A stretch of 53,697 nt of DNA from a virus (lineage: Duplodnaviria > Caudoviricetes). Below the pieces are notes generated by a model. The model saw only the letters and a list, made by a program, of their open reading frames with translations, did no database searches and was not told where the DNA came from. Of the stretch, positions 8,873 to 17,646 are shown one piece after another (within the stretch, counting starts at the first letter, position 1; each line of letters begins with the position of its first letter). The translations under genes and the position numbers were made by a program. The stretch lies in IMG/VR virus record IMGVR_UViG_3300037125_000089, positions 1 to 53,697 of that record; one strand, 5' to 3'.

Positions 8873-10627
8873 TTGAATCATATAAGTCGGAAAATAGCCC
8901 GCGTAATCTGCGCAATTAATCATGATCCAAAAGCACTTGACAGTCATTGGAAGAATCATCCAAACGTACTTCATTTCGAGGAAGATATAAAGACTTTTAA
9001 TGTAAAGAAACTTCCAAAGGCAAATTTTGATAACGATATCAATTTTGAAGCAATTGATTTGTTTGCCGGAGCCGGGGGTGTGACTACAGGTATTGAAATG
9101 GCGGAAACGGATAAAAAAGTTGACTGGATAAAATTAAAATTATTATGGGCATCACTAGAATGTACAAATTTTAGTAAAGCGAAGGGGGGATTAGCCCGGG
9201 ATGCTGATTCCAGAGCTCTAGCAGAAAACTTACCTCCATATCAAAAGGAATTTGGACCGGATTATATAGGTATTGAGAATGTTAAGGAATTCCGGGATTG
9301 GGGACCATTAATTCAAAAAAAGGATGATAAAGGAAATTTGTTATTTGACAAAAAAGGTAAACCATTAATGATACCCGATATGGAGAAAAAAGGTATTTAT
9401 TATAAACGATGGTTAGATACTATGTGTAAACCGGGTTATTATTATGAAGAAAAATTATTAAATGCTGCAGATTACGGTGCATATACTTCGCGGGAAAGGT
9501 TATTTATAATCTTTGCCAAAATAGGATTACCAATCTCATGGCCCAAACCGACACATGATAAATACGGCCGAAACGGGTTACCCAAATGGAAGCCAGTAAA
9601 AGATGTTTTGGATTTTTCAGACAAGGGAGAAAACATTTTCGGCCGAAAGAAAGATTTAGTAGAAAACACTTACAAAAGGATTTATGCCGGATTAGTCAAA
9701 TTTATAGCCAAAGAGGATGAAAGTTTTTTAACACAGTATAACGGAAATGGTAACGACCAAAGAATTATATCAATTAATGACCCATGCAATACAGTTACAA
9801 CTGCGAACAGGTTTGGATTAGTTAAAGCCGAATATTTGATTAATTATAATCACAGTTCGAGATGTAATTCCGTATATGATCCTTCACCCACTATATTGAC
9901 AAAAGACAAATTAGGATTAGTACAAGTACAAACTCATTTTATCGACATGCAGCACGGAAAACCGAAACAAAATGAATCAGTGAACGAACCATGCGGTGCA
10001 TTACTACCTGTAGTCAAGAAAAATTTAGTTTCTTGTGAGCAATTGAGTTTTATAGATCAACAGTATGGTAAAAGCAAACCAACAAGTATTGATAATCCGA
10101 TAAACACATTAACTGCTAATCCAAAGTATAATGTTGTTTCAGCGTTTTTGTATAATCCACAATACTCAAGTAAAGGAGGCAGTGTTGATGATCCTTCATT
10201 TACGTTAATTGCTCGAATGGATAAAAAGCCGCCTTCTTTAGTTCAGATGGATACACAATATAACAACGTTGGTAAAAGTATTGATGAACCAGCTTTCACT
10301 TCTTTAATTGGATCTCGACGGCATCCATACTTAGTACAGGTAGAAACCGGAGAATTAGCAATTCAAGTTTTTGAATCCGACACAGAACATATGGTTAAAA
10401 TTAAAAAGTTCATGGCAGCTTACGGTATTATTGGAATTTATATGAGGATGTTAAAAATACCAGAATTGCTGAGGATAACAGGTTTCCCGGAGGACTATAT
10501 TTTAGTCGGTACACAGACGGATCAAAAGAAGTTTATTGGTAATGCAGTTCCTCCTGTACTTCCAAAAGTAATAATAGAAGAATTATATAATGTCAATTTG
10601 AATAAAGAAGAAAGCGCTGCTGCTTAA
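8873..10627 (+). CDS. C5-cytosine DNA methyltransferase with rearranged N-terminal motifs
   Basis: IDLFAGAGG (I), WASLECTNFS (IV), IENV (VI), LNAADYG (VII), TSRERLF (VIII), RML...EL...GFP (IX), IGNAVPP (X). Confidence 0.93.
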   Translation: MNHISRKIARVICAINHDPKALDSHWKNHPNVLHFEEDIKTFNVKKLPKANFDNDINFEAIDLFAGAGGVTTGIEMAETDKKVDWIKLKLLWASLECTNFSKAKGGLARDADSRALAENLPPYQKEFGPDYIGIENVKEFRDWGPLIQKKDDKGNLLFDKKGKPLMIPDMEKKGIYYKRWLDTMCKPGYYYEEKLLNAADYGAYTSRERLFIIFAKIGLPISWPKPTHDKYGRNGLPKWKPVKDVLDFSDKGENIFGRKKDLVENTYKRIYAGLVKFIAKEDESFLTQYNGNGNDQRIISINDPCNTVTTANRFGLVKAEYLINYNHSSRCNSVYDPSPTILTKDKLGLVQVQTHFIDMQHGKPKQNESVNEPCGALLPVVKKNLVSCEQLSFIDQQYGKSKPTSIDNPINTLTANPKYNVVSAFLYNPQYSSKGGSVDDPSFTLIARMDKKPPSLVQMDTQYNNVGKSIDEPAFTSLIGSRRHPYLVQVETGELAIQVFESDTEHMVKIKKFMAAYGIIGIYMRMLKIPELLRITGFPEDYILVGTQTDQKKFIGNAVPPVLPKVIIEELYNVNLNKEESAAA

Positions 10628-10707
10628 GTAAATTTGTGGAGTAAAACCATGAATGAAAAATGTATTGATTGATGAATTAAGAGATTACGGATTAGACCCG
10701 TTTTGAA

Positions 10708-11091
10708 ATGAAAAATGTTTTAACAAATAAACCGGTAGGAATTATAAAGACAATGCCCGTGAAGTGGGTAAAGGAATTGCCTTTTGGATATGAACGATGG
10801 GAAAAGAATATACTGGCAATGAATGATTACGTGGATCACACCTGGGTATTTAGTTTGTCGAATAAACCGAAACATGAAGTATTATACTTCTATTTGTTAA
10901 TTCAAGGTGAAATCCGTTATAGAGCAAATATCATTGGTTATTTGGGACCGGGAGAAGTAAAGTGTTATGGCGGGAATGTTATGTTTTCTAAAGTATGGGT
11001 ACAGATTGGATCACCGATATTAAAGTTAAATCCGCCTGTAGAGATGAAGGGGTTTAGAGGATTTAGGTATACAGATCAAATATATGTGTAA
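10708..11091 (+). CDS. Hypothetical protein, possibly PUA/ASCH-like fold
   Basis: C-terminal PVEMKGFRGFRY resembles the ends of ASCH-like proteins; fold call weak. Confidence 0.6.
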   Translation: MKNVLTNKPVGIIKTMPVKWVKELPFGYERWEKNILAMNDYVDHTWVFSLSNKPKHEVLYFYLLIQGEIRYRANIIGYLGPGEVKCYGGNVMFSKVWVQIGSPILKLNPPVEMKGFRGFRYTDQIYV

Positions 11092-11092
11092 A

Positions 11093-11127
11093 ACCCCTTT
11101 GTGTTTCCCCTTTATAAAAGGGGAAAG
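11093..11127. repeat. Hairpin repeat, copy 2
   Basis: tttcccctt-tataa-aaggggaaa immediately after the stop at 11091; 28 bp identical to 1954-1981. Confidence 0.8.
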
Positions 11128-11149
11128 TTAATTATTGAATGAGGAATAA

Positions 11150-11371
11150 ATGAAAAAAATAACTATATCAATAACACCTTCTGAATCTTTTTCAATAATG
11201 TATGCTATGAATTCATATATAAATGGAATGACAGTAAATCCGGAAATAAAGAATCATAAAGAATTATTGGTTAAGCTGATAGAACAGATTTCAGAACAGA
11301 TGACAGAAGATGAAATCTCTCAAGAGATAAATGTTACAGAATTAAAAAAAATAATATACGCCTGTATTTAA
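11150..11371 (+). CDS. Hypothetical phage protein
   Basis: GAGGA RBS. Confidence 0.6.
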   Translation: MKKITISITPSESFSIMYAMNSYINGMTVNPEIKNHKELLVKLIEQISEQMTEDEISQEINVTELKKIIYACI

Positions 11372-11446
11372 TGGAAAAGAATATTTTAATAGAAATATCA
11401 GATAATCAGTTAATTCTTGTGTCTGAAAAAGAACTAAAAGAAAAAG

Positions 11447-11656
11447 GTGATAATGAAAAAAGAAGCAATAACTGAAGTAGGAAGAGTAAAGTGTTTTAGT
11501 AAGAAATGTGATTGGGAAGAAGAAGGACGCAAATGCAACAATACTTCCTACTATAGAACACATTGGTATATGTATGTTTGTAAAGATCATGGTTCAATCA
11601 TGATAATGAATCATGGGATCGATTATTTAATAGAACTTGATGAAAAGTCTTTCTAA
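11447..11656 (+). CDS. Small Cys/His zinc-finger-like protein
   Basis: C-x4-C...C...CKDH. Confidence 0.55.
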   Translation: MIMKKEAITEVGRVKCFSKKCDWEEEGRKCNNTSYYRTHWYMYVCKDHGSIMIMNHGIDYLIELDEKSF

Positions 11657-11691
11657 GATAGGATTACCTCCTAAAGTATGAGTGTAGTTAA

Positions 11692-11871
11692 ATGGAAAAG
11701 AATATTGAAATTGAAGTGAAAGAGACACGAGAAGAAAGGTTTATAGAGATATGTAAAGAGTTGGCTAACTTGTCTCGTAGACCTTATGCATGGGAAGATT
11801 TTTACAATAGATTGATGACCGGGAGTAATCTTCCTTTTGAATTTCAAAATTATTTGAATTATAAAAAATGA
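11692..11871 (+). CDS. Hypothetical protein, 59 aa (not in the ORF track)
   Basis: MEKNIEIEVKETREERFIEICKEL...YLNYKK; ATGA overlap with the ORF at 11868. Confidence 0.6.
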   Translation: MEKNIEIEVKETREERFIEICKELANLSRRPYAWEDFYNRLMTGSNLPFEFQNYLNYKK

Positions 11872-12101
11872 AATACATAGAAGTAATTGAAAATTTAAAG
11901 GCAGGCTGGGGATTAAGGTATCATAGTAATGGTTTTGTTTGTGGAATTGAGGTTAGTATAGGTGATCATGATTGGAATGAAGTTTATTGTTTGCATCATA
12001 ATACAGTAAGAAAATTATTGAAACTGAAACATAAATTTATCACAGTATGGATGGAAGGTAGTGAAGACGGTGGATTTTTAATTATTGAAGATGAGGAGTA
12101 A
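11868..12101 (+). CDS. Hypothetical phage protein
   Basis: Translationally coupled ORF. Confidence 0.6.
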   Translation: MKYIEVIENLKAGWGLRYHSNGFVCGIEVSIGDHDWNEVYCLHHNTVRKLLKLKHKFITVWMEGSEDGGFLIIEDEE

Positions 12102-12107
12102 AAAAAA

Positions 12108-12332
12108 GTGGGAGATATAAAAAGTTTTAAACACCCTTTTGATAAAGATTCAGGCAGATATATCTGCAGTACTAAACATCCAATGCCGGATTATAAACCG
12201 AAGGGCAGTAGGTGGATTCATCCGGATGCTTATGAAGTTGGTGAACAGCTAGACGGATGGCCGGCAGGGGATATTCAAACAATGTATTGTCCAAACTGTG
12301 GGATAGATTGGGAAATGGAATTACCTCAATAA
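12108..12332 (+). CDS. Small phage protein with C/H...CPNC motif
   Basis: GAGGAG RBS; C...HPM...RWIHPDA...CPNCG..W..ELPQ. Confidence 0.7.
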   Translation: MGDIKSFKHPFDKDSGRYICSTKHPMPDYKPKGSRWIHPDAYEVGEQLDGWPAGDIQTMYCPNCGIDWEMELPQ

Positions 12333-12346
12333 ATAAGAGAATTAAA

Positions 12347-12790
12347 ATGAGTAAAGTACCCTATCATTTGTGTGTTATGTTATGTGAGAATGATGATAAC
12401 TATAATTTGACAAATAATCTTGAGGAAATTGAAATCATGGCTGAAGGTGATATTTTGTTAAGTTTGATACCAATATATGACGGTCCGGAAAATCACAACT
12501 CAAATAAATATCAAATAAAAATCTATGATAAAGTATTTAAAGTTGATAGAACTGGTGAATTTGTAGGAAATATTTATTGGAATTCGTATAGAATAAGTAT
12601 GCCTTATTTGCTTGGACTAATAAATCATTTAATGAATAGCGGTAAATGGCAAGTAGAACAAGGCTGGTCAGTGTTATTTGATAAGTTTAAAAAAAAAGAA
12701 GTAATAACTTCTAAAGATTTCGGCTATGCTGAGGATATTAAACCAACGATGATAGATGTTTCAGATAAAAAGAATTGGAAACTTGAGTAG
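12347..12790 (+). CDS. Hypothetical phage protein
   Basis: The track ORF starts at 12257; the ATG at 12347 avoids overlap with the upstream gene. Confidence 0.6.
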   Translation: MSKVPYHLCVMLCENDDNYNLTNNLEEIEIMAEGDILLSLIPIYDGPENHNSNKYQIKIYDKVFKVDRTGEFVGNIYWNSYRISMPYLLGLINHLMNSGKWQVEQGWSVLFDKFKKKEVITSKDFGYAEDIKPTMIDVSDKKNWKLE

Positions 12791-13046
12791 CACTCGGTTA
12801 AAATTTTATACAAGTAAAAGAAAGAGTAGGATATTAAAGTTGAGAATAAAGAAAAAAATATTACGTAAAAGAGAATTAAAAAAAAGAATTGGTTATAAAA
12901 AATATATAGTAATTCTAATAGACGAAAGTTGCGAGATGTGTAAACATTCCGAAATTAGAATCAAAGATGCTGATGAAAATATTTTTTGTACAAAATATAA
13001 ATTTAAATGTAATGGAAACGGAAGATGTGATAAGCACAAATATTGA
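12756..13046 (+). CDS. Hypothetical basic protein with Cys-rich C-terminus
   Basis: CEMCKH...C....C....C; start uncertain. Confidence 0.45.
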   Translation: MFQIKRIGNLSSTRLKFYTSKRKSRILKLRIKKKILRKRELKKRIGYKKYIVILIDESCEMCKHSEIRIKDADENIFCTKYKFKCNGNGRCDKHKY

Positions 13047-13066
13047 CCCAATTATAGGATATTAAT

Positions 13067-13966
13067 ATGCAAAATAAACAGATGAATAAAGCTGTTTTTA
13101 TTGAAACGGTAGTTAAAAATTTACATGGCGACATCCGGGTAATGTGGTGGAGTGGTGGAATAACAAGTGCTGTGGCTGGTAAATTTGCTATTGAGATGTA
13201 TGACAATGTTGAATTCTTTTATTGTGAAACAGGTGCAGCACATCCAGATAATATTCGTTTCAAAGCTGATTGTGAGAATTGGTATAGCAAAAAAATTAAT
13301 CATGTAAAAAATTCTTCAGGATATAATTCTCCTGCTGATGTTTGGCTTAAAACAGGGTACATCAACGGAGTTGACGGAGCACGTTGTTCTCTTGAATTAA
13401 AAAAGAAAGTTCGATTTGAATTAGAAGAATTAATGCGACCTAATTTATTCTATCCAAATAGAGGCATTATTCAAAATCAAATTTATGGATTTGAATGGGA
13501 GCAGAGACAAGTTAATAGAGCTATAAGATTTCTTGAACAATATCCTTATGCGAATGCAATATTTCCATTAATAGAACAAATGAAAACTAAAAATAATTGC
13601 GCGGGTATACTTACGAGCGCAGGAATAGAGTTGCCTCATCTATATAAATTAGGATATAATAATAATAACTGCCTTTCAGACGAATGTGTTTGTTGCAAGG
13701 GTGGAATGGGGTATATGAATAAAACTAGAATTGATTTTCCTCTTGGATTTAAAAACACATCATTGATTGAAAGGAATATTGGATATAGTTGTATGAACGG
13801 GAAGTTTTTAGATGAACTAAATCCAAACGAAGGTAGAGGACTAAAACCAATTGTACCGGAATGCGGTGAATTCTGTGATGTTGAATTAATAGAATCGCCA
13901 CATCCAAATGTTGAAAAAGTAATGCGTGGTGAGATGACAGTTTATGAAGCAAAGCAAGCTGCGTAA
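13067..13966 (+). CDS. Phage PAPS-reductase-like PP-loop protein
   Basis: WWSGGITSAVA PP-loop, HPDNIRF, CSLELKK, FPLIE, YKLGYNNNNC...CCKGGMGY, ECGEFC. Confidence 0.8.
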   Translation: MQNKQMNKAVFIETVVKNLHGDIRVMWWSGGITSAVAGKFAIEMYDNVEFFYCETGAAHPDNIRFKADCENWYSKKINHVKNSSGYNSPADVWLKTGYINGVDGARCSLELKKKVRFELEELMRPNLFYPNRGIIQNQIYGFEWEQRQVNRAIRFLEQYPYANAIFPLIEQMKTKNNCAGILTSAGIELPHLYKLGYNNNNCLSDECVCCKGGMGYMNKTRIDFPLGFKNTSLIERNIGYSCMNGKFLDELNPNEGRGLKPIVPECGEFCDVELIESPHPNVEKVMRGEMTVYEAKQAA

Positions 13967-14036
13967 TTACTCCAAAAATTATCGAATCGAGGCATATATA
14001 AATAATTTAAAAATAATAAATCAGAGGGAATGTAAA

Positions 14037-14339
14037 ATGATTCAATATAATGACGGCTCTTTTAGTAGTATTATGGAATTCGGAAAAATTAATGAAATTG
14101 TTACGGAAATGGTTAGTGTAAGGCAATATCCAAAAGCCATACATTTTGGGAGTGTCTATGAATTAAAAAAAGTGAAGCAACAAAAAGACATTGCTGAAGA
14201 AATTACTGAACTAAAAAATAGAATTACCGAATTAGAATCGCATTACTCAATAATTAAGAAACCAACCAAAGCGGAAATGGCCCAATACACGAAGCAAAAA
14301 CAATTTGGCGGTAATGATATAACTATGATAGTTAGATGA
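14037..14339 (+). CDS. Hypothetical protein with a coiled coil
   Basis: The track ORF starts at 13944; GAGGGA RBS favours the ATG at 14037. Confidence 0.6.
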   Translation: MIQYNDGSFSSIMEFGKINEIVTEMVSVRQYPKAIHFGSVYELKKVKQQKDIAEEITELKNRITELESHYSIIKKPTKAEMAQYTKQKQFGGNDITMIVR

Positions 14340-14629
14340 GAACAATGACAGTACAAGACTTTGCTGATTTTAAGGAATGTAAAATATCTAAAGTACACGA
14401 TGCTACTTTAGGGAGAGGAAAACAGAGGCTGCATTCGACAATTGTTCCAATAAAAGGAAAGGGTAACGGTTCAAGATTAAAACTAATAATTTTAGATGAA
14501 CTATCAGAAAAATTTGAAGGCGGTTTTATTTCTCAAAAATACAAATTAAATGCTGTAGATAAATGGCTAAGATTTGATAGAGTTGATTTTAACAGACCTG
14601 TTGAAATTGAGTTCGGGCAATCAATTTAA
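14336..14629 (+). CDS. Putative HTH DNA-binding protein
   Basis: MTVQDFADFKECKISKV resembles excisionase-type HTH starts; ATGA overlap. Confidence 0.5.
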   Translation: MRTMTVQDFADFKECKISKVHDATLGRGKQRLHSTIVPIKGKGNGSRLKLIILDELSEKFEGGFISQKYKLNAVDKWLRFDRVDFNRPVEIEFGQSI

Positions 14630-14637
14630 TTGAAGTT

Positions 14638-14898
14638 ATGGAGTTATATCTACCACATAGAGAGGACTTAGAAAAGCTTTTAGATCAAGGTTTGATTGAT
14701 GAGAAAGCTTTAAGAGATGCTATTATTCAAAAAGAATACGAAATTTGTAAAACAAAAAAGAAAAAAGGAATTGTTGTATTTCTAGCTGAAAAGTTTAATA
14801 TGACACCTGATAATATATGCAAAATAATTTATAGCCAGAATAAATATCATAAAAAACCCTTTCCTAAAGTAAAAGAATACCTACATATTTTATTTTAA
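14638..14898 (+). CDS. Mor/C-like transcription activator (candidate late activator)
   Basis: RDAIIQKEY...LAEKFNMTPDNICKIIY matches the Mor-type C-terminal HTH pattern. Confidence 0.65.
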   Translation: MELYLPHREDLEKLLDQGLIDEKALRDAIIQKEYEICKTKKKKGIVVFLAEKFNMTPDNICKIIYSQNKYHKKPFPKVKEYLHILF

Positions 14899-14995
14899 AC
14901 TCACCAACAAATCTATGAAAATCTTTTCCGATTTTTTTGACTAATAAGAGTTTTATTTTTTAAGCAAATAAAACAACAAAAAAAAGGAAAGTGCC

Positions 14996-16057
14996 ATGAA
15001 AAGGATTACCAGTATCATTTGTTTTTTTATAATCATTTTGTTTCAAACTATTATTTCACAAAATGTTGAGAATTCTAATTTCTCTACTACTTCAGTTCAG
15101 GGGGGAAACGATGTGCTTGGTAGACCCTTATTAGAGGGAACATTGAATCCAGAAGTTGTTTCTTCCAGCAATGTAGAGGTTACAGATTTAACAGCTTATA
15201 TGTTCTTCAAGGATGCCTTCGATTCAAGCATCCCGGCGTTTAGTACACAAACACCAACAGTTACTTATAGTGTAGAGGGGAATAATATAGTATTTGAAAC
15301 ATATGGTTCTATAGGTAGTACACCTTGGGAATCAAAGCTCGGTGTAAATCTTTATGTACATTATAATGAAAATGGTGTAAATAAAACGAAGACGTTATCT
15401 CATGGACTATTTGGCCCATTGAATACGCGACCAGTTCCTTTTAAGCGCGCAATTTCCGGTGGATGTACTGGAGAATGTTCAGAACAAGTTTCCATATCTT
15501 GGGATCAAGGTTGGGATGCTGAATTTGTTAAACTTATAATTAAGAACAAGGATAGCGGAGAAGTACTTGTGAATAATGATGATGATCCATTCTGGACTTA
15601 TACGGGATATTTCGATAGAGACGACATAGATAGGATTGAAGTACAAGTCGGCGTTGGTAATAGACGCTATGGTACTGTTTGGTCGAATAAATATGTTTAT
15701 GATATCGCTCCTTGCTATGATTTAGCGAATATAGATATTAATTCAGTCTCCTATAATGCAACCAAGAACATGGTGAATTTTTCTCTGTACTTTTCTTATC
15801 CGTGCAGTGCTACGAGCAGGTCATGGAAAGTTAAAAGATCTTCAAGCGCAGATATAACAGGGACTTGGACAACTGTAGCATTAGGAACTATCAATGATGT
15901 TTATTGGACTGCAAAGGATTCGCAGCCTCCATCAGGACTGTGGTATTACAGACTATTCTGTACTTATACAGACGCCTGCGGTAGTGTTAGAAATCCATAT
16001 AGCAGTGCAAAATCATGTACTGTAAGTAGTGGCACAAATGGTAAAATATTGCCGTGA
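14996..16057 (+). CDS. Secreted beta-rich protein (moron-like) with possible Ig/Fn3-like domains
   Basis: Signal peptide MKRITSIICFFIIILFQTIIS|Q; VSISWD and WKVKRS...W...D......WYYRL Fn3-like pattern; several Cys. Confidence 0.75.
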   Translation: MKRITSIICFFIIILFQTIISQNVENSNFSTTSVQGGNDVLGRPLLEGTLNPEVVSSSNVEVTDLTAYMFFKDAFDSSIPAFSTQTPTVTYSVEGNNIVFETYGSIGSTPWESKLGVNLYVHYNENGVNKTKTLSHGLFGPLNTRPVPFKRAISGGCTGECSEQVSISWDQGWDAEFVKLIIKNKDSGEVLVNNDDDPFWTYTGYFDRDDIDRIEVQVGVGNRRYGTVWSNKYVYDIAPCYDLANIDINSVSYNATKNMVNFSLYFSYPCSATSRSWKVKRSSSADITGTWTTVALGTINDVYWTAKDSQPPSGLWYYRLFCTYTDACGSVRNPYSSAKSCTVSSGTNGKILP

Positions 16058-16097
16058 GTGAGGTCGGGTTTTTAGTTATAATTTTTTTGGCGGAAAT

Positions 16098-16376
16098 ATG
16101 AAGTGTAATTATGAATTAGGATTCTTAAACCATTCGGTTGGAAATAAGTGTACAGAATGTGACAGTTATTCTTTTGAGCTAATCGATAAAACAGAAGATC
16201 AGGTAGAATTAGGGAATAGAATTGTTGGTGTAATGAAGTGTTTGGATTGTGGAAATATATTTTGGAACCACATTGATAGCGATCCAACTATATACTGGTT
16301 TGATGTTGGGGACAAACATATTGAAGAACGGAGCCAATTACCGGAGCCAATTCGGAAAGTGAGCATAAACAATTAG
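16098..16376 (+). CDS. Zinc-ribbon protein
   Basis: CTEC...CLDC. Confidence 0.65.
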   Translation: MKCNYELGFLNHSVGNKCTECDSYSFELIDKTEDQVELGNRIVGVMKCLDCGNIFWNHIDSDPTIYWFDVGDKHIEERSQLPEPIRKVSINN

Positions 16377-16462
16377 AGTTAGTATGAAGTGGAAAGAGGA
16401 GAATTATGACTAGTCGTATTGATATGAGTTAAGCGGCTTCAATTTGCTATTCAGTTTTAAAG

Positions 16463-16506
16463 AATACATCATAATTTTACTTATGCAAAATTAAAGAAAG
16501 AAATAT
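16463..16506. repeat. 44-bp direct repeat, copy 1 (copy 2 at 17766-17809)
   Basis: aatacatcataattttacttatgcaaaattaaagaaagaaatat is identical at both sites. Confidence 0.92.
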
Positions 16507-16537
16507 ATGAATTGCGGTTCTTAGCATTGGAGAGAAT

Positions 16538-16972
16538 ATGGAAAAAGAATTATTAAAAGCAGCAAAAAAGATAAGTGATGAGTTGATTCTCAAACCAATG
16601 TATGAAGAAAATGATAGGTTATTAAAATCAAATGAAGTTAATGCAGAATGGGATTTTGTTTCTGTGGCCAATCAACAAATAGAATTAATAGCTAAATATT
16701 TATCAGAACTAAAAGAAAAATGGTTAAATGAAAGCAATCGGCATGAAAAGCAAGGTATAGACAGTATGAAACTTTGGATAACAAGAGATTTAGACGGTGG
16801 ATTATTTATATCAAAAGAAATGCCACATAAAGAAGAAGACCAGTGGTACACGGACTCACCAAGTGATGATTTTATTGGAATAGATGAAGGACTTTTTCCC
16901 GAAATAAAATGGGAAGATGCAGAGCCAAAGCAAGTTGAAATTAAGTTAATTACGGAACAAAAAGGCTCCTAA
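16538..16972 (+). CDS. Hypothetical protein, apparent two-module fusion
   Basis: The second module MKLWITRDLDG...LFPEIKWED..P starts at ATG 16766, just after the repeat at 16735-16756. Confidence 0.7.
   Translation: MEKELLKAAKKISDELILKPMYEENDRLLKSNEVNAEWDFVSVANQQIELIAKYLSELKEKWLNESNRHEKQGIDSMKLWITRDLDGGLFISKEMPHKEEDQWYTDSPSDDFIGIDEGLFPEIKWEDAEPKQVEIKLITEQKGS
16735..16756. repeat. 22-bp direct repeat (copy at 18221-18242)
   Basis: caatcggcatgaaaagcaaggt, read as NRHEKQG in both ORFs. Confidence 0.9.
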
Positions 16973-17047
16973 TTTTTGGTTAATTGCGTCCCCGTTATCA
17001 ACAGGCGAATATGGTGTCGGAAAAAAATAAATTTAAGGAATAGAATT

Positions 17048-17347
17048 ATGAATAAAGAAAAAACTCCTAAACCGACCAGCGATAACGAAGTCGGTGTTGA
17101 AAAACTTGTTAGGCTGCCGAATCGTTCTTATTGTAATGTCTGCGAAATAGACAACCGAAGAAATGCCTTACAGGTTAATGGAGTCAAGATTTGTGTTGAA
17201 TGTGCTAAATTTTTAGGTAACTGGGCTGAAATTTATAGACAGGCAAATTATATAAAATATCATCGGGCGGCTTACAAGAATAGGAGAATAATTTTGAATA
17301 AAAGTAAAAAAATAACAGATGTAAAAAGCGGAAAAGAAGAGTTATAA
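17048..17347 (+). CDS. Hypothetical zinc-finger protein
   Basis: AGGA RBS before ATG 17048 (track ORF starts at 16976); CNVC...CVEC. Confidence 0.6.
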   Translation: MNKEKTPKPTSDNEVGVEKLVRLPNRSYCNVCEIDNRRNALQVNGVKICVECAKFLGNWAEIYRQANYIKYHRAAYKNRRIILNKSKKITDVKSGKEEL

Positions 17348-17358
17348 GTCCGCTTGAT

Positions 17359-17604
17359 ATGCTTTTTATACCGAAAGGCACGGACATTGAATATATACTT
17401 TGTGCTGCCATTTGGTTTGACGATAAAAAGAAAAGAGAACATCAGCCTAAAAATATTAAGACTGGAATAGTTACTTGCGGGTTTAGACATTGTAATGCTT
17501 TTATAATTTTATATGAAATTGCACAACCGAATTATGATAAACAAAAAGTTACGCAAGGATTTTTGACTAATTATGGAAGATTTGTTAACCGAATACTTGC
17601 TTAA
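17359..17604 (+). CDS. Conserved-looking phage protein, possibly C-terminally truncated
   Basis: EYILCAAIW...GIVTCGFRH...QGFLTN.GRFV.R pattern; the ORF ends abruptly after that motif. Confidence 0.65.
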   Translation: MLFIPKGTDIEYILCAAIWFDDKKKREHQPKNIKTGIVTCGFRHCNAFIILYEIAQPNYDKQKVTQGFLTNYGRFVNRILA

Positions 17605-17646
17605 TTGATTTACACGGAAGTTTATAACAATTAAAACGAAGTAAAT

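Noticed and set aside
14306-14339. GGND in the C-terminus KQFGGNDITMIVR as a third copy of the peptide motif
   Set aside because: It lacks GRPLL and a signal peptide; likely chance.
14937-14966. Own promoter for the secreted protein at 14996
   Set aside because: TTGACT is present but there is no convincing -10 at a 16-18 nt spacing.
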